From: Candidatus Moraniibacteriota bacterium
GTDB taxonomy: Bacteria; Patescibacteriota; Minisyncoccia; Moranbacterales; UBA2206
DNA length: 53,006 nucleotides
Assembly: GCA_030679985.1 (NCBI GenBank)
Contig: JAUXSI010000026.1
Span: 1-53,006 of the forward strand
Direction: 5' to 3'
Part shown: piece after piece, positions 9,808 to 17,484 of the stretch
Layout of the letters: every line of letters starts with the position of its first letter
How positions within the stretch are numbered: position 1 is the stretch's first letter
Translations under genes and position numbers: made by a program
The notes under the pieces: model-generated
Databases searched by the model: none
What the model was told of the DNA's origin: nothing
Seen by the model: only the letters and a program-made list of their open reading frames with translations

Positions 9808-10185
9808 ATGAACGTCGAATCAATTAAAAAATATATTCAAGATAATCCGGAAATTGATCAAGCAAAAAAGGAGGGTTATTTGAAAATTTTATCTTCCCCG
9901 GATGTTTCCAAGGCTGAAATTAGCGAGATTTTGGATGAATTGGAAGATGCGGTCCAGGCTAAGATCGATGGTGTTTATGCCGATGCCGGAGTGGTCTTGG
10001 ATGAGAATAGTCCTGAATATAAAAGGCAATATCAACAAATGGCGACTGAGATAGACGCAGCTGAGAAAGAGTTCAATTCTTCAATGGATGAGATAGACAA
10101 GGAAATGAATGAGGTTGAGGAGGATACATCTCAAAAAATAGATGATGTTAAGGCTCAGTCTATCAGGGACTCAATAGGTATATAG
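9808..10185 (+). CDS. hypothetical acidic coiled-coil protein
   Basis: ORF starts 17 nt after the previous stop; acidic helical sequence; no recognisable domain. Confidence 0.55.
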   Translation: MNVESIKKYIQDNPEIDQAKKEGYLKILSSPDVSKAEISEILDELEDAVQAKIDGVYADAGVVLDENSPEYKRQYQQMATEIDAAEKEFNSSMDEIDKEMNEVEEDTSQKIDDVKAQSIRDSIGI

Positions 10186-10254
10186 CAATCCATCCTAAAA
10201 AGCTAATTAATAATTTTATTTCCGCTAAAAAAACAGCGGAACAAAAACAAAAAT

Positions 10255-10401
10255 ATGGAAGAGATCCAAAAATGCGAGTGTCCGGAGTGCGTCAAAAGGG
10301 CGCACGAAGCGGCGCGACACGATGAGATGGGGCTGGCGATCCTGATTATGCTGATGCCGGCTATGACGCTCACGCTTTTGTCCAATGTCGGTTTGTTCTA
10401 A
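10255..10401 (+). CDS. possible 48-aa tail-anchored Cys-motif protein (below the ORF-track cutoff)
   Basis: Hand translation: MEEIQKCECPECVKRAHEAARHDEMGLAILIMLMPAMTLTLLSNVGLF. It has a CxCxxC motif plus one hydrophobic helix. Bidirectional terminator at 10424-10449 follows. The listed minus ORF 10203-10385 looks non-coding. Confidence 0.35.
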   Translation: MEEIQKCECPECVKRAHEAARHDEMGLAILIMLMPAMTLTLLSNVGLF

Positions 10402-10423
10402 TAGAAAATTCCGAGATAAATAT

Positions 10424-10449
10424 AAAAAGTCCGAGCAATCGGACTTTTT
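10424..10449. terminator. bidirectional terminator between the small ORF and efp
   Basis: AAAAAGTCCGA gcaa TCGGACTTTTT. Confidence 0.75.
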
Positions 10450-10501
10450 ATATTGGAAAAATTTTCAACCGGAAGCCGTGGACTACGGACTAAAAACCAA
10501 C

Positions 10502-11059
10502 TTATGCCCGGCCGACATATTCGCCTCTTTCGGTATTGACGATTATCTTATCGCCTTCATTTACGAAAAGCGGAGCGGACACCTTGAGGCCGGTTTCAAG
10601 GGTGACGACTTTGCCGCCGGTTGAAACGGTATTGCCCTTGATCCCCGGCGGGGCCTCCACGACTTCCAAAACCACCTTGACCGGGAGCTCGATGTTGATC
10701 GGTGTGTCGTTGAAATTCAAAACTACGATTTCCGTCCCCTCGATGAGATAGTCCGTAGCCGAACCGAGAACGGCTTTAGGCAGCGAAAACTGCTCATAGG
10801 ATCCGTTATCCATAAAGGCATAGCTTTCGCCTTCTTGGTAAAGGAATTGGGCTTTGGATTTTCTGATATCGGCTTCTTCGAGCTGATCGGCGCCTTGAAA
10901 AGTCTTTTCCAGGACCGCGCCGGTAATCAAGTTCTTAAGCTTGGTGCGCAGGACGGATCCGGCGCGTCCGGTTTTGGATTGTTCATGGAAAAGGACGGCA
11001 TAGGGAGCTTTTTCATGGACGATATTTTTGCCTGTCTTGATATCGCTTATATTTAACAT
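10502..11059 (-). CDS. efp: translation elongation factor P
   Basis: Full-length EF-P with three domains and C-terminal VNTERGEYVGRA. Start placed at the second ATG (11059), which sits at the same distance from the conserved GATTCGCATCGGCAAT block as the rpsR start. The ORF track extends to 11065. Confidence 0.93.
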   Translation of the reverse strand: MLNISDIKTGKNIVHEKAPYAVLFHEQSKTGRAGSVLRTKLKNLITGAVLEKTFQGADQLEEADIRKSKAQFLYQEGESYAFMDNGSYEQFSLPKAVLGSATDYLIEGTEIVVLNFNDTPINIELPVKVVLEVVEAPPGIKGNTVSTGGKVVTLETGLKVSAPLFVNEGDKIIVNTERGEYVGRA

Positions 11060-11162
11060 AATCATTGCCGATGCGAATCTACGGATTGCAATACGGATTT
11101 ACGAAATTTTCGGAACTGTTTGTTCGTAAATCCGTCGATGTTTCGTAGTTTCGAATCGGTTT
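11060..11162. repeat. structured intergenic repeat, copy A (rpsR-efp spacer; lacks the GC palindrome)
   Basis: TTGCCGATGCGAATCTACGGAT...; stem GGATTTACGAA (11095-11105) / TTCGTAAATCC (11123-11133) with a 17-nt loop ATTTTCGGAACTGTTTG. Confidence 0.85.
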
Positions 11163-11402
11163 TTATTTTACTACGAATGGTACCAGCGCCATAACGCGGG
11201 CTTTTTTGATGGCGGTTGCCAAGGCTCGCTGGTGCTTGGTGCAAGTCCCGTGTCTTTTTGGCGGGTATATCTTGCCCTGTGAGTTGGTGAAACGCTTGAT
11301 CAGATAGACATCCTTGAAATCGATCTTATCCATTTTTATATCGCAAAAATGGCAAACTTTTTTTTCAGCTTTGGTCGGTTCGTTATTGTTGTATATTTTC
11401 AT
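11163..11402 (-). CDS. rpsR: 30S ribosomal protein S18
   Basis: CHFCDIKMDKIDFKDVYLIKRF...GKIYPPKRHGTCTKHQRALATAIKKARVMALVPF is canonical bS18. Confidence 0.96.
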   Translation of the reverse strand: MKIYNNNEPTKAEKKVCHFCDIKMDKIDFKDVYLIKRFTNSQGKIYPPKRHGTCTKHQRALATAIKKARVMALVPFVVK

Positions 11403-11530
11403 AATTATTGCCGATGCGAATCTACGAATTGAAATACGCCTGCCTGCCTGCAGGCAGGAATCTACGAAATTTTCGGAACTGTTTGTTCGTAGATTCGAAA
11501 TATGTCCGTAGTTTCGAACCGGGTTATTGT
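11403..11530. repeat. structured intergenic repeat, copy B (ssb-rpsR spacer)
   Basis: Same 5' block. 16-bp palindrome CCTGCCTGCAGGCAGG (11443-11458). Stem GAATCTACGAA (11458-11468) / TTCGTAGATTC (11486-11496) with a loop identical to copy A. Confidence 0.9.
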
Positions 11531-12016
11531 TTAAAAGGGTACGTCTTCAAGCCTGATTTCATCCTGCTCCTCGTCAAGGTTGATGGTCGGGATTTCTTCC
11601 TCGGCTTGTTGTGGGCGGTCGTTTTGCGGACGTTGTTGCTGGGGAGAGACCGGTTTGTTGAATGAGCCAGGTGCGTTGGATGCTCCGGCGGCGCGTGAGC
11701 CTAATTGCATATTTTCCGCGATTACTTCGGTCACTCTCCGTTCCGATCCGTCCTTGGCGGTGTATTTCCGCGTTTCCAATCTGCCTTCGATGAAAGCTTC
11801 CTGACCCTTGGTCAGGTATTGTCCGGCAATTTCCGCCAACCTGCCCCAAAGGACGATGTTGTGGAATTCGGTTTTGTCTTGCCTTTGCCCGCTCTTGTCT
11901 TTCCAAAAACGGTTGGTGGCGAGGCTTAGCGTCGCGACAGATTGGCCGCTGGTCGTGTTGCGGATTTCCGGGTCGCGGGTCAGGCGGCCGACTAACATCA
12001 CTTTGTTAAGATTCAT
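11531..12016 (-). CDS. ssb: single-stranded DNA-binding protein
   Basis: MNLNKVMLVGRLTRDPEIR... OB fold, Gln/Pro-rich linker and acidic tip LEDVPF. The 30 extra N-terminal codons in the ORF track (to 12106) read through repeat element C. Confidence 0.95.
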   Translation of the reverse strand: MNLNKVMLVGRLTRDPEIRNTTSGQSVATLSLATNRFWKDKSGQRQDKTEFHNIVLWGRLAEIAGQYLTKGQEAFIEGRLETRKYTAKDGSERRVTEVIAENMQLGSRAAGASNAPGSFNKPVSPQQQRPQNDRPQQAEEEIPTINLDEEQDEIRLEDVPF

Positions 12017-12140
12017 TTGTTTTATGCCGATGCGAATCCACGAATTGAAATGCGCCTGTCTGCCGGCAGGCAGGAATCTATGAAATTTCCGAAACGGGCC
12101 ATCCATAGATCCGAAATGCTTCCGTGGTTTCGAAACGGTA
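12017..12140. repeat. structured intergenic repeat, copy C (rpsF-ssb spacer)
   Basis: TGCCGATGCGAATCCACGAATTGAAATGCG. Palindrome CCTGTCTGCCGGCAGGCAGG (12055-12074). Stem ATCTATG (12076-12082) / CATAGAT (12104-12110). Confidence 0.9.
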
Positions 12141-12674
12141 TTAGATGTTTAAAATCTCTTCCAATTTTTTATCGATATCCTCGGCGGTTTTTTCCGCGTG
12201 GACAGGTTTCTTTTCGGTAGTTTTTTCAGTTTTTCCGTCTTTGGCGGCCGGGGTCTCCGTTTGACCTGGGATGGTTTTCAAGTCAGGGGTTTTGGCGGCA
12301 GCGACAACTGGCGTTTTTACCGATTTGGCTTTTCTTTCCGATACTGCGCTGGCTGCGCCGATTCTTTCTTCCTTGGTCTTCAGTTCCGGTAATTCCGAAG
12401 CGCGACTGATGACTGAGCGCAGGATATTGGTGTAGAGGTTGAGTTTGCGCGTGATGGATTGGATGCTGGTCGGATCTTCAAGTTCGAAGCGGCGTGCCAC
12501 ATAGAACCCGTGGGTTTCATGCTTGACCTGGTAGGCCAACTTTCTTTTTTCGACGACTTCTTTTTCGTCAAAAACTCCGCCTTCCGCAGTCACGATTTCT
12601 TGCGCTCCGGCCTTGATCGCTTCTAGCTCAGCTTCCTTGGAGGCCGCGACCAGATAGAACAGTTCATACTTCAT
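12141..12674 (-). CDS. rpsF: 30S ribosomal protein S6 with long C-terminal low-complexity tail
   Basis: MKYELFYLV...HGFYVARRFE core of bS6. Classic rpsF-ssb-rpsR order. About 75 extra Lys/Ala/Thr/Glu-rich residues at the C-terminus. Confidence 0.93.
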   Translation of the reverse strand: MKYELFYLVAASKEAELEAIKAGAQEIVTAEGGVFDEKEVVEKRKLAYQVKHETHGFYVARRFELEDPTSIQSITRKLNLYTNILRSVISRASELPELKTKEERIGAASAVSERKAKSVKTPVVAAAKTPDLKTIPGQTETPAAKDGKTEKTTEKKPVHAEKTAEDIDKKLEEILNI

Positions 12675-12952
12675 TTGGTTGTTTAATTAAAATTTATTAA
12701 CTTTGTTTATGAACTTAGACGGGATCTGCCAGAGGCGGACCGATTTTTATACCCAAATTAAAATTTGGAAAAAAATCAAAAAACCGCCAAAGAAAGCCTT
12801 TCCTTGCGGATTTTTACCCTCTTATCTCCGGTCAAACGCCAAAGCGAGAGGATATTTGGACTTTCTAAGTTATGTTTAGTTTAGCGTGGTGAGGGAGAAA
12901 AGTCAAGGTTTTTCAAGTAACGGGATTCGGATCCCAGGGAATGCTATGTCGC

Positions 12953-12981
12953 TTGATAAAATCGTGTTACCATTGTATATA
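12953..12981 (+). promoter_or_regulatory. promoter TTGATA-N17-TATATA
   Basis: Hexamers at 12953-12958 and 12976-12981, upstream of the zinc-ribbon ORF. Confidence 0.5.
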
Positions 12982-13013
12982 AGGCGTTAATCTGAAAAAT
13001 GGGAGGTGCGTTT

Positions 13014-13199
13014 ATGCCGAAAGAAAGTTTAGCTGTTTATTTCATGACCGTCGCGTGTCCTTGGGACAGCTGCGAAAGCCTGCAGACGGTCAAATTGAGC
13101 CGCAGGGCCCGCAATTATTCCGCACCCGAGGAATATCGGTGCACGAGTTGCGGGAAATCATTCCGTATCGCCGGTGTTATGAACACCGTGGCTAAATAA
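13014..13199 (+). CDS. small zinc-ribbon-like protein (61 aa)
   Basis: GGGAGGTG SD 5 nt upstream of ATG 13014. Promoter 12953-12981. Cys pairs CPWDSC ... CTSCGK. Confidence 0.55.
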   Translation: MPKESLAVYFMTVACPWDSCESLQTVKLSRRARNYSAPEEYRCTSCGKSFRIAGVMNTVAK

Positions 13200-13235
13200 A
13201 TGCCAGGCGATAGGGTATCGATGTTGCGTAAGGGG

Positions 13236-13994
13236 TCAGCTGGAAATTCCAGCCGGCCCATTGTTTTTTTCAGGCAATAAATCCCAAATCGTTTCAAAAA
13301 ACCCTTTTTGCGTGTCATGGATCTTCTGGCTTTCGATGATGATGGCCATTTCTTCATTATAAGATACGAAGCCGACTTTGTTATAGCCATAGACTACCAT
13401 TTCGATTTGGATGTTGAATTTTTCTGAGGGTACTAACTTGGTCTGGGAAAAATAGGCGCCTAATTCTTCAGCAACGTCGCGAAGGACGGGATTGTTGCGG
13501 AAAAGGATTCTGGCCCAGATCTTTTTTTCTTGGCGTTCTGGCATAAAATAGTCGGTAAAAAAGCCTTCATAATCCCAAAATTTCTCATTGAAAGTTCCCA
13601 ACATTTCTACGCCCGGGTATTTCAAAACGTCATTAAAAACTTCCTTGTAGGCCTCTTTGCCTTCAAAATATCTGATTTTAGGCTTTTTGTCGATCAGATT
13701 GGTGATGGAAAGAAGTTCCGGCATGATTTCTTCCAGTCCGCGTTTTTCTTCTTCTAATAATTCCAGAAGTTTTTTCGGGTTTTCTGCCAAAAATACCGGA
13801 CGTTTTTTGCGCCGTGACTGACTGATGATCCCCCTTTTTTTTAGCAGTTCAATCATTTCATAGACGGTTGAACGCTTAATTAGCGATTTTTTGGTAATTT
13901 CGGCTATAGTCCCTTCGCCTAATTCCAAGATAGTTATGTATACTTGTGCCTCCTTTTTATCGAATCCGTTAGTGATAAGTTTGTCTAAAATCAT
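13236..13994 (-). CDS. TrmB-family HTH transcriptional regulator
   Basis: N-terminal winged helix LITNGFDKKEAQVYITILELGEGTIAEITKKSLIKRSTVYEMIELLKKRGII is typical of the TrmB family. Start chosen at MILDKL (13994); the ORF is open to 14039. Confidence 0.85.
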   Translation of the reverse strand: MILDKLITNGFDKKEAQVYITILELGEGTIAEITKKSLIKRSTVYEMIELLKKRGIISQSRRKKRPVFLAENPKKLLELLEEEKRGLEEIMPELLSITNLIDKKPKIRYFEGKEAYKEVFNDVLKYPGVEMLGTFNEKFWDYEGFFTDYFMPERQEKKIWARILFRNNPVLRDVAEELGAYFSQTKLVPSEKFNIQIEMVVYGYNKVGFVSYNEEMAIIIESQKIHDTQKGFFETIWDLLPEKNNGPAGISS

Positions 13995-14200
13995 ATGTTT
14001 TATATAAATTAACGAATATTTAGTCGTTAATTTAATCATAGCATATATGGCTAAAACTGTCTATAACAAAGCAAATTTAAGATTGTCTCCCTTGCATGTC
14101 TCCCGGGGAATAACATTATTATTGATAAGTTGACAAAATAGTGCTAGTATTGCTTGTTAATAAATTTTATTACATGCGATTAATCAATAATAACTGCTAG

Positions 14201-14249
14201 ATAGACTTAATTTATTTTTTAAGACTATTCGGTAGAAAGCTAAGTCTAT
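14201..14249 (+). promoter_or_regulatory. inverted repeat that would pair with the carbamoyltransferase start codon
   Basis: ATAGACTTA (14201-14209) and TAAGTCTAT (14241-14249); the ATG is 14248-14250. Confidence 0.4.
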
Positions 14250-16044
14250 GAATAATACAAAGAAAGATGTATATACTCTGGGAATAAATTCCGCCTATCA
14301 TGAACCATCCGTTTGTCTGATAAAGAACGGTAAGGTAATCGCAGCGGTAGAAGAAGAGCGGTTCAATCGGATGAAGCATGGGAAACATTGCTTGATAGAC
14401 AATCCGCATGAGCTACCGTACAACGCTTTGGACTATTGTCTAAAACAGGGTGGTATAACTTTAGATGATGTGGATCAAATTGGCTTTACTTTCAATCCAA
14501 TCAACAGACTAACGAAAAATATCGGCCTTGAGGAGGATGTGGATGCGGGTGATTGGGGTAGTGAGAAAGGTGAGCGGCTGTACTATAAATTATCTATGTC
14601 GGTTCCTCAGATATTGGAAAAGAAATATAAAGCGAAAATTGCACACAAGTGGAATTGGTTGCCCCATCATACTTGTCACGCGGCTAGCGCTTATTATGAC
14701 TCGCCTTTCTCCGAGGCGGCCGTTATGACCTTCGATGGAATAGGTGAATTTGCCAGCATTACATTGGGCTATGGCAAAAATAACAACCTGTCTATATTTA
14801 AGGAGGCAGGTGAATATCCGAGCTCGCTAGGATTCCAATGGACTAAGGCTTCCCGCTTCTTGGGTATCTTAGTCGATGGCGCAGGTGAATATGGCGCAGG
14901 TAAGATTATGGCTCTGGCTTCCTACGGTAATCCGGATAAATATTATGAGACTTTCAAAAAATTTTTGAGTTATGATAAGGAAGGAAACTTTGTTGTGGAT
15001 GGTGATGTGATGCAATTCCGAAAAAGTACGCATGAAAATTTCGAGAAAATGTTCGGTTTCAAGGCGCGCAAGGAGGATGGGGAAATAACGCAAGACCATA
15101 TGGATTTCGCGGCAGCTCTACAAAAAATTACCAACGAAATCATGTTGGGTTATGCGCAGCAGGTTTATAAATTGACCAAGCAAGACAATCTTTGTATGGC
15201 AGGGGGTGTCACTCTGAATTGCACCAGCAATACTAACTTGTTGGAAAAAAGCAGATTCAAGGATATCTATATCCAACCAGGTGCCAATGATATGGGAACT
15301 TCTGTCGGCGCGGCTTATTATTGCTACCACGAAATCTTAGGTCAAGAAAGAAGAAATGTTGCAGCTAAAACTCCCTATACCGGCCCGGAATATGGTGAAA
15401 AGGAAATTTTGAAAGCGCTCAAGAATGAAAAGGGCGTCCAGTATGTCAAGGTGACCGGCATCGAGAAGGCGACTGCGAAACTGATTGCCGAAGGTAAGGT
15501 TATTGGATGGGTGCAAGGGCGGGCTGAATTCGGACCGCGAGCCTTAGGCAATAGGAGTCTCTTGGGTGATCCAAGGAAGATCGAAATGTTCAAAAGGATC
15601 AGCTTGGATATAAAAAAAAGAGAATGGTATCGTCCGCTAGCCCCGATTGTCATGGATGAATATGTCGACCAATGGTTCAATCGTCCGAAGCACGGAGCGG
15701 AATCGGATAAATGGATGCTTTTCGCTTATCCGATACGGACGGGAAAGAGAAAATTAATTCCAGCCGTGACGCATCATGATGGGACAGGTAGAGTGCAAGT
15801 AGTTTCGAGGGATACCAATTCAAGATTGCATAAGTTGATAAGCCACTTTAACTCGCTGACTGGAGTACCGGTTTTGATTAATACCTCGTTCAATAGTAAT
15901 GAGCCGATGGTATTGACACCAGAACATGCTATCAACACTTTCTTGAAGTCTGGAAAAGACGGAATTGATGTCCTGGTAATCGGAAGCTATTTGATCACCC
16001 GCAAGGATATTGATGCGAAGAAATTAGCGAAGCATAAATCCTAA
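14248..16044 (+). CDS. NodU/CmcH/TobZ-family carbamoyltransferase
   Basis: N-terminal Kae1-like ASKHA fold (LGINSAYHEPSVCLIKNGKVIAAVEEERFNRMKH). C-terminal carbamoyltransferase domain (GRAEFGPRALGNRSLLGDP ... TSFN). Confidence 0.9.
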   Translation: MNNTKKDVYTLGINSAYHEPSVCLIKNGKVIAAVEEERFNRMKHGKHCLIDNPHELPYNALDYCLKQGGITLDDVDQIGFTFNPINRLTKNIGLEEDVDAGDWGSEKGERLYYKLSMSVPQILEKKYKAKIAHKWNWLPHHTCHAASAYYDSPFSEAAVMTFDGIGEFASITLGYGKNNNLSIFKEAGEYPSSLGFQWTKASRFLGILVDGAGEYGAGKIMALASYGNPDKYYETFKKFLSYDKEGNFVVDGDVMQFRKSTHENFEKMFGFKARKEDGEITQDHMDFAAALQKITNEIMLGYAQQVYKLTKQDNLCMAGGVTLNCTSNTNLLEKSRFKDIYIQPGANDMGTSVGAAYYCYHEILGQERRNVAAKTPYTGPEYGEKEILKALKNEKGVQYVKVTGIEKATAKLIAEGKVIGWVQGRAEFGPRALGNRSLLGDPRKIEMFKRISLDIKKREWYRPLAPIVMDEYVDQWFNRPKHGAESDKWMLFAYPIRTGKRKLIPAVTHHDGTGRVQVVSRDTNSRLHKLISHFNSLTGVPVLINTSFNSNEPMVLTPEHAINTFLKSGKDGIDVLVIGSYLITRKDIDAKKLAKHKS

Positions 16045-16064
16045 TAAATTAAGTGTAAAAAATT

Positions 16065-16238
16065 ATGAATAAGAATATCGTAGATAAAATTGCTGCGGAA
16101 ATAGTCAGTAAAAAAATTTCCGAGCAGGAAGTGGAAGATGCAAAAAAGGAAATTGGTGAATATATTTCCGAATTGCAAAAACAAGCTTCCATCAGTCTGG
16201 ATCTGGAATTGGAAAAATTCATCATTGCCAGGCGGTAA
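16065..16238 (+). CDS. 57-aa acidic helical ORF (below the ORF-track cutoff)
   Basis: Hand translation: MNKNIVDKIAAEIVSKKISEQEVEDAKKEIGEYISELQKQASISLDLELEKFIIARR. Starts 20 nt after the carbamoyltransferase stop and ends 42 nt before the next gene. Confidence 0.45.
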   Translation: MNKNIVDKIAAEIVSKKISEQEVEDAKKEIGEYISELQKQASISLDLELEKFIIARR

Positions 16239-16280
16239 AAAAAGTAATGTTAATTTAATTCATTAAATTTAAAAAAAATT

Positions 16281-17483
16281 ATGGAATTAGACAGGGAAAA
16301 AATCATCCCACACCTTAAGCAGAAAGCCAGATTGGATTGTTATGAGGTACAAGGAAGCGTATATTCAGCGGAGAAATTCGTAGCAAAATATGCGTATTTA
16401 TTGAAGGCACATGAACAAAAAATTATCCAGGAGCAGCTAAGCAGCTTAGGAAAGGATGCGGCGGAATTGTTCAGCCGGCCGATCGCCAATGTCGAAGCGG
16501 CTAGTGTATTGGTAATAAGCAGTGAAAAATCAAGTCTGAAAAAAATCGGCAGCCGGTCAGCATATTTGGAAGAGAAAAAGTTGAAACTTAAGGGTTGCCG
16601 TCCGATGCAGGATGGGTTGTATTTCCCGCACGAGAAATTGGATTTCGGCAATAGGCAAATGACTACCACTAAAATTCCCTTCGGCGTGTTGACGGATGAA
16701 AATGTGATGCGGGAAATCCTGGCTTATTGTTTCTTGCAAAAAAATAGCATCCAGGCGATGCAACAGCCGGCTGCGGTCTTCGAATACGCGGATGGCGAGA
16801 ATATAATCGGATATTGTTTGTTGTCCTATTCACAAACTGAAGCGAGGTTGGAAGCTCAAGAAGAATTCTATGGCATGACCGTGCGGAGCTTGGTCACAGT
16901 GAGCGAGATGGAGAGGCGATTAGGGCTTGATGTTCTTGGTAAACTGGATAATTTTTCCAAAGTCAGTAATGAATGGTATGCCGAGAAGAAAAGTGATCTG
17001 ATGATCAAGATGAATTTCAACGGAGGGTTCCGCGGCGTGCTCAACAGCAATGTCGGAAATGACATCGAATACCAAGATAAATTTTATATCTGTGACTTCG
17101 ATACGTTCGAGGTGATCAATATGCCGGAGAAACCGGATTATGAGTTTATCAGAAGTTTTGTCCTGTGGAGTATCATCGAAATGTTGAAATCATCCCCACT
17201 TGTGTTCGCCTATGTGAATATGGATGGCCTAAATAGAAAAGAAGTTGCGGAGCATATCTGGGAGGTGTACACGAAAAACAGCCTATTGTGGCAGAAATAC
17301 TATCAGAAATTTTTGTCTCAAGCGATGGAGCTTGGTTGGGATGCGAACTTGATTGAAAAAGCCGTACAGGATACGGTGGCATCAGACGTGTTTTATGATA
17401 TGGCTCCGGATAATGTCATCGCTTCGGAAGTGCTCAAAAACACTTATCAACCGGAAATGTCTTTCTACACTAAGCAAGGTTAA
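16281..17483 (+). CDS. hypothetical 400-aa protein (weak protein-kinase-like signature)
   Basis: Long ORF whose stop (TAA 17481-17483) is 1 nt from the next ATG. Only weak cues: LKLKGC, VMREI, GVLNSNVGND, ICDFDTF. Confidence 0.7.
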   Translation: MELDREKIIPHLKQKARLDCYEVQGSVYSAEKFVAKYAYLLKAHEQKIIQEQLSSLGKDAAELFSRPIANVEAASVLVISSEKSSLKKIGSRSAYLEEKKLKLKGCRPMQDGLYFPHEKLDFGNRQMTTTKIPFGVLTDENVMREILAYCFLQKNSIQAMQQPAAVFEYADGENIIGYCLLSYSQTEARLEAQEEFYGMTVRSLVTVSEMERRLGLDVLGKLDNFSKVSNEWYAEKKSDLMIKMNFNGGFRGVLNSNVGNDIEYQDKFYICDFDTFEVINMPEKPDYEFIRSFVLWSIIEMLKSSPLVFAYVNMDGLNRKEVAEHIWEVYTKNSLLWQKYYQKFLSQAMELGWDANLIEKAVQDTVASDVFYDMAPDNVIASEVLKNTYQPEMSFYTKQG

Positions 17484-17484
17484 T

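Noticed and set aside
10203-10385. The 60-aa minus-strand ORF listed in the track.
   Set aside because: Its composition is implausible, it has no upstream signals, and it overlaps a more plausible plus-strand micro-ORF followed by a terminator.
11408-11665. Plus-strand ORFs starting MPMRIYELKYACLPAGRNL (11408-11665) and MPMRIHELKCACLPAGRNL (inside 11808-12083), which look like a conserved peptide family.
   Set aside because: The shared peptide is just the translation of the intergenic repeat. The rest of each ORF runs antisense through ssb.
12017-12106. A 30-codon N-terminal extension of ssb in the ORF track.
   Set aside because: It reads through repeat element C. Canonical SSB begins MNLNKVMLVGRL at 12016.
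12675-12998. The 320-nt spacer upstream of rpsF examined for a tRNA, an S6:S18-type ribosomal leader or another known ncRNA.
   Set aside because: I found only an A/T-flanked hairpin (about 12778-12815) and a short GGGAT tcgg ATCCC stem. There is no cloverleaf or recognisable Rfam-type signature by eye. It is left unannotated rather than guessed.
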